Shown here one piece after another: positions 37,838 through 47,698 of a stretch of DNA of 64,000 nt. Under the pieces are notes generated by a model. The model was not told where the DNA came from. It was given only the letters and a program-made list of their open reading frames with translations, and made no database searches. The position numbers and the translations under genes are program-made. The stretch lies in the IMG/VR virus record IMGVR_UViG_3300021957_000018. One strand, given 5' to 3'. The DNA comes from an uncultured virus (IMG/VR IMGVR_UViG_3300021957_000018). Lineage: Duplodnaviria > Heunggongvirae > Uroviricota > Caudoviricetes. Numbering within the stretch: position 1 is the first letter of the stretch; every line of letters begins with the position of its first letter.

Positions 37838-40497
37838 TATGATGTAGTAATGTTTATATCTGTTATAGGAGATGGATCTCCTTTATATCTTATAATTAGG
37901 TAAAATTCATTGTCATCATTATCTAAATACATACCGTCTGCATTCCTTAAAGGCATAGTGTAAGTAGTTGAATAGACTGTACCTCCTATATTACCGTATA
38001 AATCTATACTATCTGAGAATGGATTTTTAAAGTTATCTGATGTTATGCTTGTTTCTATAGAGTTAGAATTTAATTCACTAGGGTCATAAATTCTTGCAGT
38101 TGAGAGACTATTATTAACTCCACTACTATCTCCACTTGATTTAAATAGCACTACAGCAGCATATCCATTTGCAGATGAATCCCAATTATTAAGTGTTTTA
38201 CCTATATTTACTGTCATGGATGTTTTAGCCCCACTGGTTCTAAACTTACGTATATAGTACTTATAATTTGCTGGTGCAAATCCTGAGTCATACCAGTATC
38301 CATAATTTCCTCCTGGATCTACTAAATACCCTGGTTTTACTTGTAAGTCTAATGTACCTAATACCCCTGTAACATCGTAAGTGTTCGTAGTAAATGACTC
38401 TCCTGTAAATGTTACTACATTATTATTAACTTTGATTCTATGATCTTCCCCAGAGAAATTTTCCGATGTTCCTGTTAGACTGCTTGCATCATATCCTTGT
38501 GCTCTACTGTAAATAGCCATTATCGTTGTCTTACTTTGACCGAATAGAGCGTTATCGTAAAACTCCTGTGTATCACTAACTATATTAATAATATTATTAT
38601 TCTTACTACCGTGTTTAGCACTTAATTTAAAACTCAAGTTGTAATTTAATGCCTCTTGTTGGTTTCTAGTTAGTTGAATATTATCTACATTACTGTTAAG
38701 GTTAAAACTAAAAGAACTAGATATGAATCCTATATCATCTTTATACGGTATATCGCCTACACTACGTTGAGTATTTTTATCAGCCGATAATACTCCTAGT
38801 ACTGCACTACTATGCTGTATATTATTAGTGTTATGTACTCCAAGGTATGTATTGCTGAGTGAAGTAGCACCTATATTATTCCAGTTATTTTCTTGTGTTG
38901 TTACAAATAAAGGATTACTACTATCACCGTACCCTGGATCAAAAGCTCCAGTAACTTCTCCTGAAAAAGTAAATGTATAGTCTGCATCTAATATGTAGGG
39001 TGCTCCAGATAGTGATCTTGATGTTGCTGTTATTGAATTTCTTGTTAGATCTGCTGATGCTGATAGGTATTGTGATCCTATTCTTATATCAGTAGGTCCA
39101 TCGTGGTATAAATAAAAGCTTGTTGCACTGTCTACTGGTGTTTGAGTTGTGTATCCAACTTGTGAACCTGTCTGAAGACCTATTACTGTGTTATCTAGTC
39201 TATAGTATCCACTTGCTGATATACTGTTTGCAGCTGTAGCATTGCCTGTGTATTTTCTACCGGTTACTGCTGTAGTCATAGAAAAATCACCATCTTGGTA
39301 TGCAGCAGGTATTACTGCAGGTTGAGTAGTCTCTATTTTTGATATAGTTATACCGTTGTTTGTACTGAATTGATCATTATTATATATAGAAAATGAGCTT
39401 GTACTGTATGTAGCTTCTGAGCTTCCTTCGAATGGTGTTGTACTGGAGTAGTTATCTTTAAATGATTGTGTTGTTTCTACTTTTACTCTAACATTAGTTG
39501 CTTGCCCGCTTGTCAATAACCCTAATCCAAAGTAAGATGCATTAGAAGATGCTAAAGTAGTTCCAGTAGCATTAGCTGATAATGTTCCGGTAAGGGTGTT
39601 GAAGTTATCTTCTCTAAGTACCTGTGTAGGTACCCTGCTAAAGTGAATATAACGTAGTGGGTTAGTACCTGTATAATCACTTCCTGTTTCGCTATTAAGT
39701 AAAAAACCTTTTCCTATAAAGTACTCTTGTATGGTTTCAAATGAACCTGTTTTTGTGCTGTCTATATAAGCAGATGTTCTCCAGTTATTTGATAAGCTTA
39801 CGTTTTCTCCATTAAAAACACCTGGTAGTACTTGACTTTTATTAACGGTACTCCCTATACTGTAGTTAACAGAAGTGCTTCCCCAAGTTTTTGTATTTGG
39901 TGTAGGTGCTGCTACATCTAAAGATGAACTCATTACACCTGCCATAAATCTTAATATTTCAGATATATGTGTATTGTGATTGAATATATCAAAGTATGAA
40001 CCGTCTAAATTATCTTGCCATTCATTGGAAGTTGGGTAACCTACTGTGGTATTGTTAGAAACTATTGCTGTTGAACCTGATTCTGTAGTGCTTACTGTTA
40101 ATGAACCGGATATTTGATGTCCATCAGATCCTGATATAAGTAAGCTACCTGTAATTTGGTGTGTATCATCTAATGAATTACCAAATAAAGTTGAACCTGA
40201 TTCAAATATTACAGATGCACTAACTATTTCAGTGTAAAACTCTTGTGCTTTTAGGGTTCCTTCTACTACTACGTTACCATTTTCATCTACAGTAACTAAA
40301 TCATTACTTCCGCTCTTAATTGTAAAGACATTTCCTGTAGGAGATACTGATGCTGATATAGAACCGGTAAATATAGCTGATGGATCTATGCCTATAAATT
40401 CATCTGCGGATATAGTTCCAGAAACTACAAGACTTCCTGTTAAGACTCTTGAGCCGCTTAAGTCACCATCAATCTGTTTCCAATGTATTAATGCCAT
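37837..40497 (-). CDS. Fibre/appendage-associated virion protein
   Basis: 886 aa, Ser/Thr-rich. Carries the QEFYTEIVSASVIFESGSTLFG module shared with the fibres. Confidence 0.6.
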   Translation of the reverse strand: MALIHWKQIDGDLSGSRVLTGSLVVSGTISADEFIGIDPSAIFTGSISASVSPTGNVFTIKSGSNDLVTVDENGNVVVEGTLKAQEFYTEIVSASVIFESGSTLFGNSLDDTHQITGSLLISGSDGHQISGSLTVSTTESGSTAIVSNNTTVGYPTSNEWQDNLDGSYFDIFNHNTHISEILRFMAGVMSSSLDVAAPTPNTKTWGSTSVNYSIGSTVNKSQVLPGVFNGENVSLSNNWRTSAYIDSTKTGSFETIQEYFIGKGFLLNSETGSDYTGTNPLRYIHFSRVPTQVLREDNFNTLTGTLSANATGTTLASSNASYFGLGLLTSGQATNVRVKVETTQSFKDNYSSTTPFEGSSEATYSTSSFSIYNNDQFSTNNGITISKIETTQPAVIPAAYQDGDFSMTTAVTGRKYTGNATAANSISASGYYRLDNTVIGLQTGSQVGYTTQTPVDSATSFYLYHDGPTDIRIGSQYLSASADLTRNSITATSRSLSGAPYILDADYTFTFSGEVTGAFDPGYGDSSNPLFVTTQENNWNNIGATSLSNTYLGVHNTNNIQHSSAVLGVLSADKNTQRSVGDIPYKDDIGFISSSFSFNLNSNVDNIQLTRNQQEALNYNLSFKLSAKHGSKNNNIINIVSDTQEFYDNALFGQSKTTIMAIYSRAQGYDASSLTGTSENFSGEDHRIKVNNNVVTFTGESFTTNTYDVTGVLGTLDLQVKPGYLVDPGGNYGYWYDSGFAPANYKYYIRKFRTSGAKTSMTVNIGKTLNNWDSSANGYAAVVLFKSSGDSSGVNNSLSTARIYDPSELNSNSIETSITSDNFKNPFSDSIDLYGNIGGTVYSTTYTMPLRNADGMYLDNDDNEFYLIIRYKGDPSPITDINITTS

Positions 40498-40500
40498 CTG

Positions 40501-41724
40501 TTATGTTGTAGTTTTAATTTTTCCTGATAATACTATTTGATCTCCGTTATCTAAAGAGTATTCTGTTGCTCCTGTCTGAACTACTACACTAACATCATTT
40601 CCTGTTTGGGATACTGAGTAAAGTGATGGTAGCATATACTGTCCGTTGACATATAAAGAGAATCGTTCTGGTCCTGATGAGAATCCGTTTGGTACTTCAA
40701 GTATTATAGTATCTTGGAAGATTGCTGCATTGTTTGTAGCAAAATCCGCTACTACAGTAGAGTTAGTAGTAACATATTCTAATTGATCCTCCGTCATACC
40801 TTGACTCTGCACACCTGAGGTCCCTGAATCAAAGAATCTATAATCTGCATCTTTAGTTTCTGTTCTAGAAGAAGCTTGTAATGTTTCTAATGTCCCTGCT
40901 GATTCTAATCCAAAAGTTACTGATGATTTAGAGTAGTATTTGTTCATACCTGCTAAAGTAGCGTTTATCGCGTCCGGTATTATATGTCCGTTCATCACTA
41001 TTGTAAAGTTAGTCTTTACAGCTCTTTCATTTCCTTGAGTTAATTCTGTAGAAGTTGTGTATGAGTCTATTCTAGCTCTAAAGCTAAATTTCTCTTCATC
41101 TCCCCAGTATGCATCAGATGCATAGTTAATAGACTCTATTATTTTGTTCATTTGTTCTACATAATCCGTAAAAATCATACAAGAATAGGTTAAAGTAACG
41201 TATTCGGGGATTATTACACCGTAGTATTCTTTGATAGGCTCTCTATTAGTTAATATACTAAATTTATCGTATATATTCTTATTAGAAAAAGCCTTTTTAT
41301 ATATTCCGTAACTAATCGGGTTACGTGGATCTACTTTATTACCTAGGTTTCTATTTTTTTCTACAGAATCTCTTTTAAACATAATTAAAGGAGCTTGTAT
41401 CTTACCGTTTTTATCTCTATGGAAGCCATCTTTCTGTACTGCTTTCCATCTTTCTGGAGATCCGTACATTACTGGTACGGTTCCTTTATTTCCGTTCTGT
41501 ATTACTGTTGGTTTAATTACATTATTAAAGTAATAGATAATAGTTTCATCTATATCTCTTAAACCTATTGTAAGTTGTTTAACTTTATCTCCTTTAACAG
41601 TACGTTGGTTTTCTCTCTTTTTATTATCCGGTATAATAGGTTTTCCTGTAGGAAGCACTGGAGATATCTGATCTCTCATTATCTCTGCCTGTTTCTTTGG
41701 TATAGGTTTCTTTCTTTTAGCCAT
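40501..41724 (-). CDS. Tail terminator/completion protein (T4 gp15-like)
   Basis: VPVMYGSPERW...PLIMFKR pattern, following the neck genes. Confidence 0.6.
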   Translation of the reverse strand: MAKRKKPIPKKQAEIMRDQISPVLPTGKPIIPDNKKRENQRTVKGDKVKQLTIGLRDIDETIIYYFNNVIKPTVIQNGNKGTVPVMYGSPERWKAVQKDGFHRDKNGKIQAPLIMFKRDSVEKNRNLGNKVDPRNPISYGIYKKAFSNKNIYDKFSILTNREPIKEYYGVIIPEYVTLTYSCMIFTDYVEQMNKIIESINYASDAYWGDEEKFSFRARIDSYTTSTELTQGNERAVKTNFTIVMNGHIIPDAINATLAGMNKYYSKSSVTFGLESAGTLETLQASSRTETKDADYRFFDSGTSGVQSQGMTEDQLEYVTTNSTVVADFATNNAAIFQDTIILEVPNGFSSGPERFSLYVNGQYMLPSLYSVSQTGNDVSVVVQTGATEYSLDNGDQIVLSGKIKTTT

Positions 41725-41725
41725 T

Positions 41726-42211
41726 TTACATTCTCTGTCTATTAAGTCCTACTCTATCAGCTCTAGTTAAGTGACAATCTACTATAATTGACATAGATGA
41801 ACCATGTGAATTAGGTCTATCGATGTTATACTTATTATCTTTTCCTAATAATAAACTATTTTCTTTAACTACATCTACTTCGTAGTAGTCTTCTTGCCAC
41901 ATTACAATGTCTCCTACTTCAGGTACCGTTGATATGTCCTCTAAATCTGGTTTTAAGAATGCAAATGATGCGTTTCTACCTAAGTCTGGTCCAAATTCAT
42001 CTACATCGTATACTTGATCTCCTCTAGTTATTAAGCAGTTTAACTTTACTGCTTGTAGATATGTTTTTTGAAGTGCTTCTCCGTATATATTTACACTGGT
42101 ATCCGCAATACTGAGCTTATAGTATAGTACTTCTTGCTCAATAATGTCTTTTATTAGTTCTCTGTTAACACTAACAAATAAATCAAAGTCTCTGTTACTT
42201 CCGAATAGCAT
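41726..42211 (-). CDS. Head closure/neck protein (T4 gp14-like)
   Basis: NIYGEA...PEVGDIV...YYEV pattern and position. Confidence 0.65.
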   Translation of the reverse strand: MLFGSNRDFDLFVSVNRELIKDIIEQEVLYYKLSIADTSVNIYGEALQKTYLQAVKLNCLITRGDQVYDVDEFGPDLGRNASFAFLKPDLEDISTVPEVGDIVMWQEDYYEVDVVKENSLLLGKDNKYNIDRPNSHGSSMSIIVDCHLTRADRVGLNRQRM

Positions 42212-42510
42212 TATTTTTCCTGTATTGTTTCTACTGCGATTTCTATCTTAATTATATTACTGTACTTCTTTTTTGCATTAGCTTTAAATGAATTAAAAGC
42301 CTCTTCTCCTCCTTTTTGTGATATTAGTTTTACTTTAAACGTCATACTTGACATTTCTGATGCTGATCCTGCATTAGTAACAGTGGTAACACCCGGTAAA
42401 GCACGTAACAGCTCTGCTAAATCTTCGCTTTCACCTTCTTGGTACATTATACGTACCATACCTTCATAGGTACTAAATACTATCTGTTCTAATATTGTCA
42501 TCAATTTCAT
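42211..42510 (-). CDS. Small protein with putative capsid-targeting N-terminus
   Basis: 99 aa starting MKLMTILE. TAATG overlaps on both sides. Confidence 0.6.
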   Translation of the reverse strand: MKLMTILEQIVFSTYEGMVRIMYQEGESEDLAELLRALPGVTTVTNAGSASEMSSMTFKVKLISQKGGEEAFNSFKANAKKKYSNIIKIEIAVETIQEK

Positions 42511-43652
42511 TATCCTACGTGTATTGTCATTGGTACTTGAGCTAAAGTAGCTCTAAGAAAGTCAGATTCTTGTGCTTGTGCTTCCATCTGTGCTCCTCTT
42601 GATGCTTCTTCTAACATACTTCTTAAATTAGTAAGCAATTCTGTCTTTTCACTCCTTGCATCAGCTAATAAGTCTGCTTGGTTCAAAGTTGCTTCTGAAC
42701 CCGGTACTGGGACTGTTGCATATTTACCTCTAATGTACCCTAGCATTTCTTTTGCTAGTGCTAAAGTAAATTGGAATATCCATTGTCTTCCTACGCTATT
42801 GATATGTGCGTATTCTGGGTTACTATAGGGTACTTCCGATACTGTGGTTATATTTCCTGTGCTATTATCAAAGTTAAGTGCTGATTTGTCTGAGAGTTTC
42901 ATATACTCAAAGTACAATTTACCGGATCTTGTAGGAACTGGGAATACTCTTAATTGATTTTTTACTAATTCAAAAGTAAATGCTGATTTTCTTATTTGGT
43001 CGTTAAACTCTATTGCTTGCATTTTCATTACATCATAAGAAGCAGGCATTAACATAAAACTAATTCCCGGACTATGCTTTCCAAATCCAAATGACTCCAT
43101 TAATCCTTGTGCTCCAGTACCCGTACCAGCGTAAGGGTCAAAGAATCTGGATATTGCTGGTGCAGATTCATAGAATACTTTTCTTATCTCTATCCCTCCT
43201 TCAATTGAGTTATCTACCGCCCATTGATCAAGATCATAATTTTGAATAGAAGAAGTAAGTTCTAATGAACCTGTGTGTTTTGTTACATTTCCTCCTACAC
43301 CGGCTTCCGTACCGTAGTTTTTTGCTATCTGTACAAAACGATTAATGTTCGGTTCAACAAGTTGGTTGTTAGCTGTGCTTCCAGTTGGAGCTCCTTCAAA
43401 AGATAAGTAGTTTTCTCTAATCTTATATTGAAATACTTCGTTTCCGTATACAGTTACTGCTTCTTCAAAACATGCATAAAAAGATCCTGATTGTAATTCT
43501 ACATCCATTAATGGGAATCCAAGTCTTTGAGCACAAAATTTCGCTACTTTATCAGCATCTGTTGTAAATGCTGCATCTGTATCGTAAAAGCCGAAAGGTG
43601 TTTGTCCTACACTAAAGGTAGAACTACCATCCCATATAGATATATTAGCCAT
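42510..43652 (-). CDS. Neck/head-tail adaptor protein (T4 gp13-like)
   Basis: RLGFPLMDVEL and WIFQFTLALAKEMLGYIRGKY...LN...L motifs. Confidence 0.75.
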   Translation of the reverse strand: MANISIWDGSSTFSVGQTPFGFYDTDAAFTTDADKVAKFCAQRLGFPLMDVELQSGSFYACFEEAVTVYGNEVFQYKIRENYLSFEGAPTGSTANNQLVEPNINRFVQIAKNYGTEAGVGGNVTKHTGSLELTSSIQNYDLDQWAVDNSIEGGIEIRKVFYESAPAISRFFDPYAGTGTGAQGLMESFGFGKHSPGISFMLMPASYDVMKMQAIEFNDQIRKSAFTFELVKNQLRVFPVPTRSGKLYFEYMKLSDKSALNFDNSTGNITTVSEVPYSNPEYAHINSVGRQWIFQFTLALAKEMLGYIRGKYATVPVPGSEATLNQADLLADARSEKTELLTNLRSMLEEASRGAQMEAQAQESDFLRATLAQVPMTIHVG

Positions 43653-43666
43653 AGTAGTAGTTTATT

Positions 43667-43674
43667 TATAAATA
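43667..43674 (-). promoter_or_regulatory. Putative late promoter TATTTATA
   Basis: Octamer 14 nt upstream of the neck gene ATG. Confidence 0.6.
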
Positions 43675-43678
43675 GTGT

Positions 43679-44365
43679 CTAATCTCTGAAGGTTTTATAT
43701 ACTTCTAAGATAGGTGCTACAATTGTATGTCTGTGGTTATGTAAAAGTGCATGTGTTGCAAAGCCTTGTACCTCTTCTTCTATTCTAGATAGAAAAGAAA
43801 ACCCTGTCTCTCTTTTATCTTTAAGGTCTATTTGTGCCATATCTCCACATATTACCATTTTTGAACCTTTTCCTAACCTTCCTATTACAGTTTCCATTTG
43901 ACTATGAGTAACATTTTGTGCTTCATCTACTATAATAAATGAGTCAACAAATGTTCTTCCTCTCATAAATGCAAATGGTACAATTTCGATACTGCCTTTT
44001 TCTAATTCTTTGTCGACTTTATCCTTATTGTACAGCATGTATAAGTTATGATAGATTGGTGCTAACCAAGGATCCATCTTTTCTCTTATATCTCCTGGTA
44101 GGAATCCTATATCTTCTTTAGACACTGTTGGTCTTGTTATAATAATCTTATCAACTTGACCTGTAAATAGTAAATCCAATGCTACCTGTGTTGCTACTAA
44201 CGTTTTTCCAGAACCAGCCATACCTTTTAATACGGTTACGGGAGAGTCTAATATTAAAGCTTTTGCTACCTTTTGTTCTTCATTAAGTTGTACTTGAAAT
44301 TTAATTGGTCTTTTAGGTCTTCTTTTTTGAACGAATACTTCGTCCGTATGATGGTTAGATGCCAT
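43679..44365 (-). CDS. phoH: PhoH-family ATPase
   Basis: GMAGSGKT, RPTV...IGFLPG, FMRGRTF, IIVDEAQN and GDMAQID motifs. Confidence 0.95.
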   Translation of the reverse strand: MASNHHTDEVFVQKRRPKRPIKFQVQLNEEQKVAKALILDSPVTVLKGMAGSGKTLVATQVALDLLFTGQVDKIIITRPTVSKEDIGFLPGDIREKMDPWLAPIYHNLYMLYNKDKVDKELEKGSIEIVPFAFMRGRTFVDSFIIVDEAQNVTHSQMETVIGRLGKGSKMVICGDMAQIDLKDKRETGFSFLSRIEEEVQGFATHALLHNHRHTIVAPILEVYKTFRD

Positions 44366-44390
44366 GCGTAATAACGTTTTAGTTTATAGG

Positions 44391-44398
44391 TATAAATA
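44391..44398 (-). promoter_or_regulatory. Putative late promoter TATTTATA
   Basis: Octamer upstream of phoH. Confidence 0.6.
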
Positions 44399-44418
44399 GC
44401 AATTGGAAATATAAGTAC

Positions 44419-44447
44419 AAAAAGAAAGGGGCTAAAAAGCCCCTCTC
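44419..44447 (-). terminator. Intrinsic terminator after major capsid gene
   Basis: GAGAGGGGCU-UUUU-AGCCCCUUUC followed by U5. Confidence 0.8.
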
Positions 44448-44471
44448 AATTTTATCAGTATGTATTTAATA

Positions 44472-46019
44472 CTATACTGTTGCCAAATCAGCTACGTAGA
44501 TTTTTCCGTAGAATTCTGGTCTGATCATTTTCTTCGCGTAACGAGTCATGATACCTTTTCTTGGTGTGAAAGATACTGGATCGTATACTAGAGGAGTCAT
44601 GATTAATGGTACATAAGGAGCATATACAGCACCTGCTTCCAAGAACTGTCCACCTCTAAATCCTGTTAGGATTACGTTTTCAGTCATGTAAGGGTTTTTG
44701 TATACCTTAAATCTACCATTTAATTGACCTACTTTCTGTACTCCGAAAGCAAATTCTGCAGAGTCACCATCTGTATTAGCAGCAAATCCTGGAATTGATT
44801 CTAAGATTGTAGCTACTGATGGAGAACATACTAGGAAGTTTGCACCACCTCTTAATGTTCTTTGGTGAATCTTGTTAGATACTTTTTGGATTTTAGTTCC
44901 TAAAGTTTGGAACCACTGTCCTTGAGTATTATAGAAATCAGAAGCAGTATCGACAAATTCTACTCCGTTCCATGATCTGTTGTTATTTGCTGACCAGTAC
45001 TCAGTAGTATCTGCTCCTGAAATTAACATATCTAAGATCTCTAAGTCAATTTCCATTGAAATGTACTCACTCAATAAAGAAGTAAGTTCAGCTTCAGCAT
45101 CAATTGAATGATAAGCGTTAAGATCTTGAGAGAATTCTGGTGTCCATTGTGCTTTTAACTTTCTAGTCTTAGCAACAACTGATTCAGATTTCATGTCTAC
45201 GTTAATCTCTGGGATAGCTAATGAAGAAACTTCTCCAGCACCTGGTGCAGTAGAGTCTTCAAAGTCACCTCTTGAGTTAGCAGCAGGCTGTACGTGGTAA
45301 GTTAACGTGTGATCTGTAGCAGCAGTTGTGTCTACGATCATGTTTAGTTTACCGTTAGCATCGATCTTTGTAAATTCTGGTAATAGACCAGCTAAAGATG
45401 TTTGGAAAGCTCTTACACCTTCTTTATCAGCATCAGCAGGAATATCCATTACGATTAAATCTTTTCCAGTTTCTTTACCAGAAAAGTTTACGTCAGCAGC
45501 ACCTGCAGCAGCAGAAGATGCGATAGCGTGAGATGGAGATCCTTTTGGTTTTACTGAGTAACCGAATTGACCAGCTCCGTAAAGACCGTCTTCAGCTTCG
45601 TTTCCTGCAAATCCGTTTCCAGCTTTTCCATATAAACTATCAGTTGTAGCTCTACCGTTTACAGCAGATCCATATTTGAAGTCTAAGAAAAATACTAGCC
45701 CAGAAGGCAAGTTCATTGGTTGTACAGATACAAAGTCTTTTGCACTGATTTGAGCGAATACTTTACGTACTAAAGGTAAAGCTACTCCAGCCCATTGCTC
45801 ACCAGCACCGCCTGCAAAAGCAGATCCAGCACTTGTGCTTGATTGTTCAGCTACAATTTGTTTTGCTTGATTTTCTAACATCATTGACATGTTAGTCGCT
45901 TCTTTTGCGTTTAATCCTTCAAGCAATCCAGAAGCAGCCCATTTGTCGGCAAGTCTAGATGCATCAGCTTGTAAGCTTTTGTATCCGTTTGCACTTTCTA
46001 ATAGTGAATTAATTTCCAT
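44472..46019 (-). CDS. Major capsid protein (T4 gp23-like)
   Basis: VSVQPMNLPSGLVF, AKTRKLKAQWTPEFSQDL, YAPYVPL and GIMTRYA motifs. Confidence 0.95.
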   Translation of the reverse strand: MEINSLLESANGYKSLQADASRLADKWAASGLLEGLNAKEATNMSMMLENQAKQIVAEQSSTSAGSAFAGGAGEQWAGVALPLVRKVFAQISAKDFVSVQPMNLPSGLVFFLDFKYGSAVNGRATTDSLYGKAGNGFAGNEAEDGLYGAGQFGYSVKPKGSPSHAIASSAAAGAADVNFSGKETGKDLIVMDIPADADKEGVRAFQTSLAGLLPEFTKIDANGKLNMIVDTTAATDHTLTYHVQPAANSRGDFEDSTAPGAGEVSSLAIPEINVDMKSESVVAKTRKLKAQWTPEFSQDLNAYHSIDAEAELTSLLSEYISMEIDLEILDMLISGADTTEYWSANNNRSWNGVEFVDTASDFYNTQGQWFQTLGTKIQKVSNKIHQRTLRGGANFLVCSPSVATILESIPGFAANTDGDSAEFAFGVQKVGQLNGRFKVYKNPYMTENVILTGFRGGQFLEAGAVYAPYVPLIMTPLVYDPVSFTPRKGIMTRYAKKMIRPEFYGKIYVADLATV

Positions 46020-46048
46020 GATTGTTTTTTGTTTTTTAAATTTTTTAA

Positions 46049-47041
46049 TTAAATGATTCCAGCTAATTTTTGCATTCTTTTAACCGCATCAGATACTTCA
46101 GATATTACTTCTGGCTTACTTGCAGTAGTTCCAGTAGCTTTACTTGCCATACCTAATTTTGACTCCTTAATAGCCGTTTTTTTCTTAACTACTACGTTTT
46201 CAGAAACAGTTTCGAATACCAATTTAACCTCTTTTACCGTTTCAGCTTTGTCAAAAGCAGCGATAATGTTAACTTTTTGTGCTTCACTTAAGTTGTTAAC
46301 TTTAAATACTTTGTTAACGTACATAAGTTTTGCGTTAAGAAGGTTTACTTCTTGTAGTTGAGATTGTAAAGTGTTAATAGTTTCTAAAGCTTCGTTTAAT
46401 TCAGAATTATCTTCTTCTTTAACTTCTTCTTCTGCTACTACTTCTTCTTCTACTTCTTCTTCTACTTCTGCTACTACTTCTTCAACTTCTTGCTCTTCAG
46501 ATACTGCTTCCAGTTCTGCTAACAATTCATCTAAATCGATTTCCTCTTCTCCGTCTACATCAGCTCCCATGTCCATTTCTGGTTCCATTTCTGCTCCTGC
46601 ATCCATATCTGAGTTGTCAATTTCATCATCAGCTCCCATTTCTTGAGAGATAATGTCACGAATAAGGTCTTTTAGGTCATCGACTTCCATGTCTTTAACT
46701 TCTACTTCTTCTTCGTCGTCAGCTTCTTCACCAGCGTCGTCAGCTTCGTCTTCAGATTCTTCTGAATCATCCTCTGCTTCTTCCATTGCGGTAGCGTCAT
46801 CATTAGATTCACCTTCGTATGCTTCTACTTCGGTTACTTCTTCAGTTTCGTCAATCTCTACTTCGTTTACTACTTCTTCTTCAACAGATGAATCATCCAT
46901 TTCTTGAAGTTTAGCAGCTAACATATCCTTTAAATGAGGAGTTAACGATTCTTCTAAAGCTTCTTTTGCATTAGCGATAGCGGCTTCTCTAATAGATTTT
47001 GCTTCAGCAATAGCTTGCTTGAATAAATCTTTGTTTGCCAT
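46049..47041 (-). CDS. Prohead scaffold/core protein (T4 gp22-like)
   Basis: Very acidic 330-aa coiled-coil protein directly upstream of the capsid gene. Confidence 0.8.
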   Translation of the reverse strand: MANKDLFKQAIAEAKSIREAAIANAKEALEESLTPHLKDMLAAKLQEMDDSSVEEEVVNEVEIDETEEVTEVEAYEGESNDDATAMEEAEDDSEESEDEADDAGEEADDEEEVEVKDMEVDDLKDLIRDIISQEMGADDEIDNSDMDAGAEMEPEMDMGADVDGEEEIDLDELLAELEAVSEEQEVEEVVAEVEEEVEEEVVAEEEVKEEDNSELNEALETINTLQSQLQEVNLLNAKLMYVNKVFKVNNLSEAQKVNIIAAFDKAETVKEVKLVFETVSENVVVKKKTAIKESKLGMASKATGTTASKPEVISEVSDAVKRMQKLAGII

Positions 47042-47135
47042 TTTTAATAAGTTTGTTTGATTTCTACGATTATTGTAATCGTAATAGGAAAGTTTTTACA
47101 AAATTTAATACAGTATAGATCACTGTATATTCTTA

Positions 47136-47143
47136 TATAAATA
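47136..47143 (-). promoter_or_regulatory. Putative late promoter TATTTATA
   Basis: Octamer upstream of the scaffold leader. Confidence 0.55.
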
Positions 47144-47179
47144 TATACCTTTTCTGTAAAACTAAATAAAAGTTACTTT

Positions 47180-47698
47180 TTATGCAGATGCTGCGACTGC
47201 TCCTGCTATTTCGGCGCCTACAACAGCAATATCTCTTCCTTTTAATGCTGCTTTAACTGCAGAGATTGTTGCTGTAGCTACGTTTGCTCCTCTCAAAGCA
47301 TTTAGAGCACCTATTCCGGCTTTTACACCTAATCCCGCTAACATAGCAATAAATAATCCTTTAGCAACTAATTGTCTCTTTTTTTCATCTCTTACAAATG
47401 GTTTCATAAAGCCGCTAATTGCTTTTACTATATTAACTTCATTATTATGAGCCCATTTGTGTACTGCATCTGCTTTATCTGCTGTTTTTTCTAAACCTAG
47501 CTTTTTAAATCCTTTTGCAGCATACTTACCGAGTATATCTAGAACTGTATTAGAAGCTAATGCCCATGATAGTATACCAACTGTTGTTATTACTTCATTA
47601 ACATCTCCTTCTTCCCCAAATTCAGCTTTTATTGCTTTTGCTAATTCAGCTCCTAGTTGAGTTTCATCACTCTCTAAAATAAGTTCAGATAACTTCAT
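47180..47698 (-). CDS. Hydrophobic protein with putative capsid-targeting N-terminus
   Basis: 172 aa. MKLSELILE start followed by Ala/Gly-rich hydrophobic helices. Confidence 0.6.
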   Translation of the reverse strand: MKLSELILESDETQLGAELAKAIKAEFGEEGDVNEVITTVGILSWALASNTVLDILGKYAAKGFKKLGLEKTADKADAVHKWAHNNEVNIVKAISGFMKPFVRDEKKRQLVAKGLFIAMLAGLGVKAGIGALNALRGANVATATISAVKAALKGRDIAVVGAEIAGAVAASA

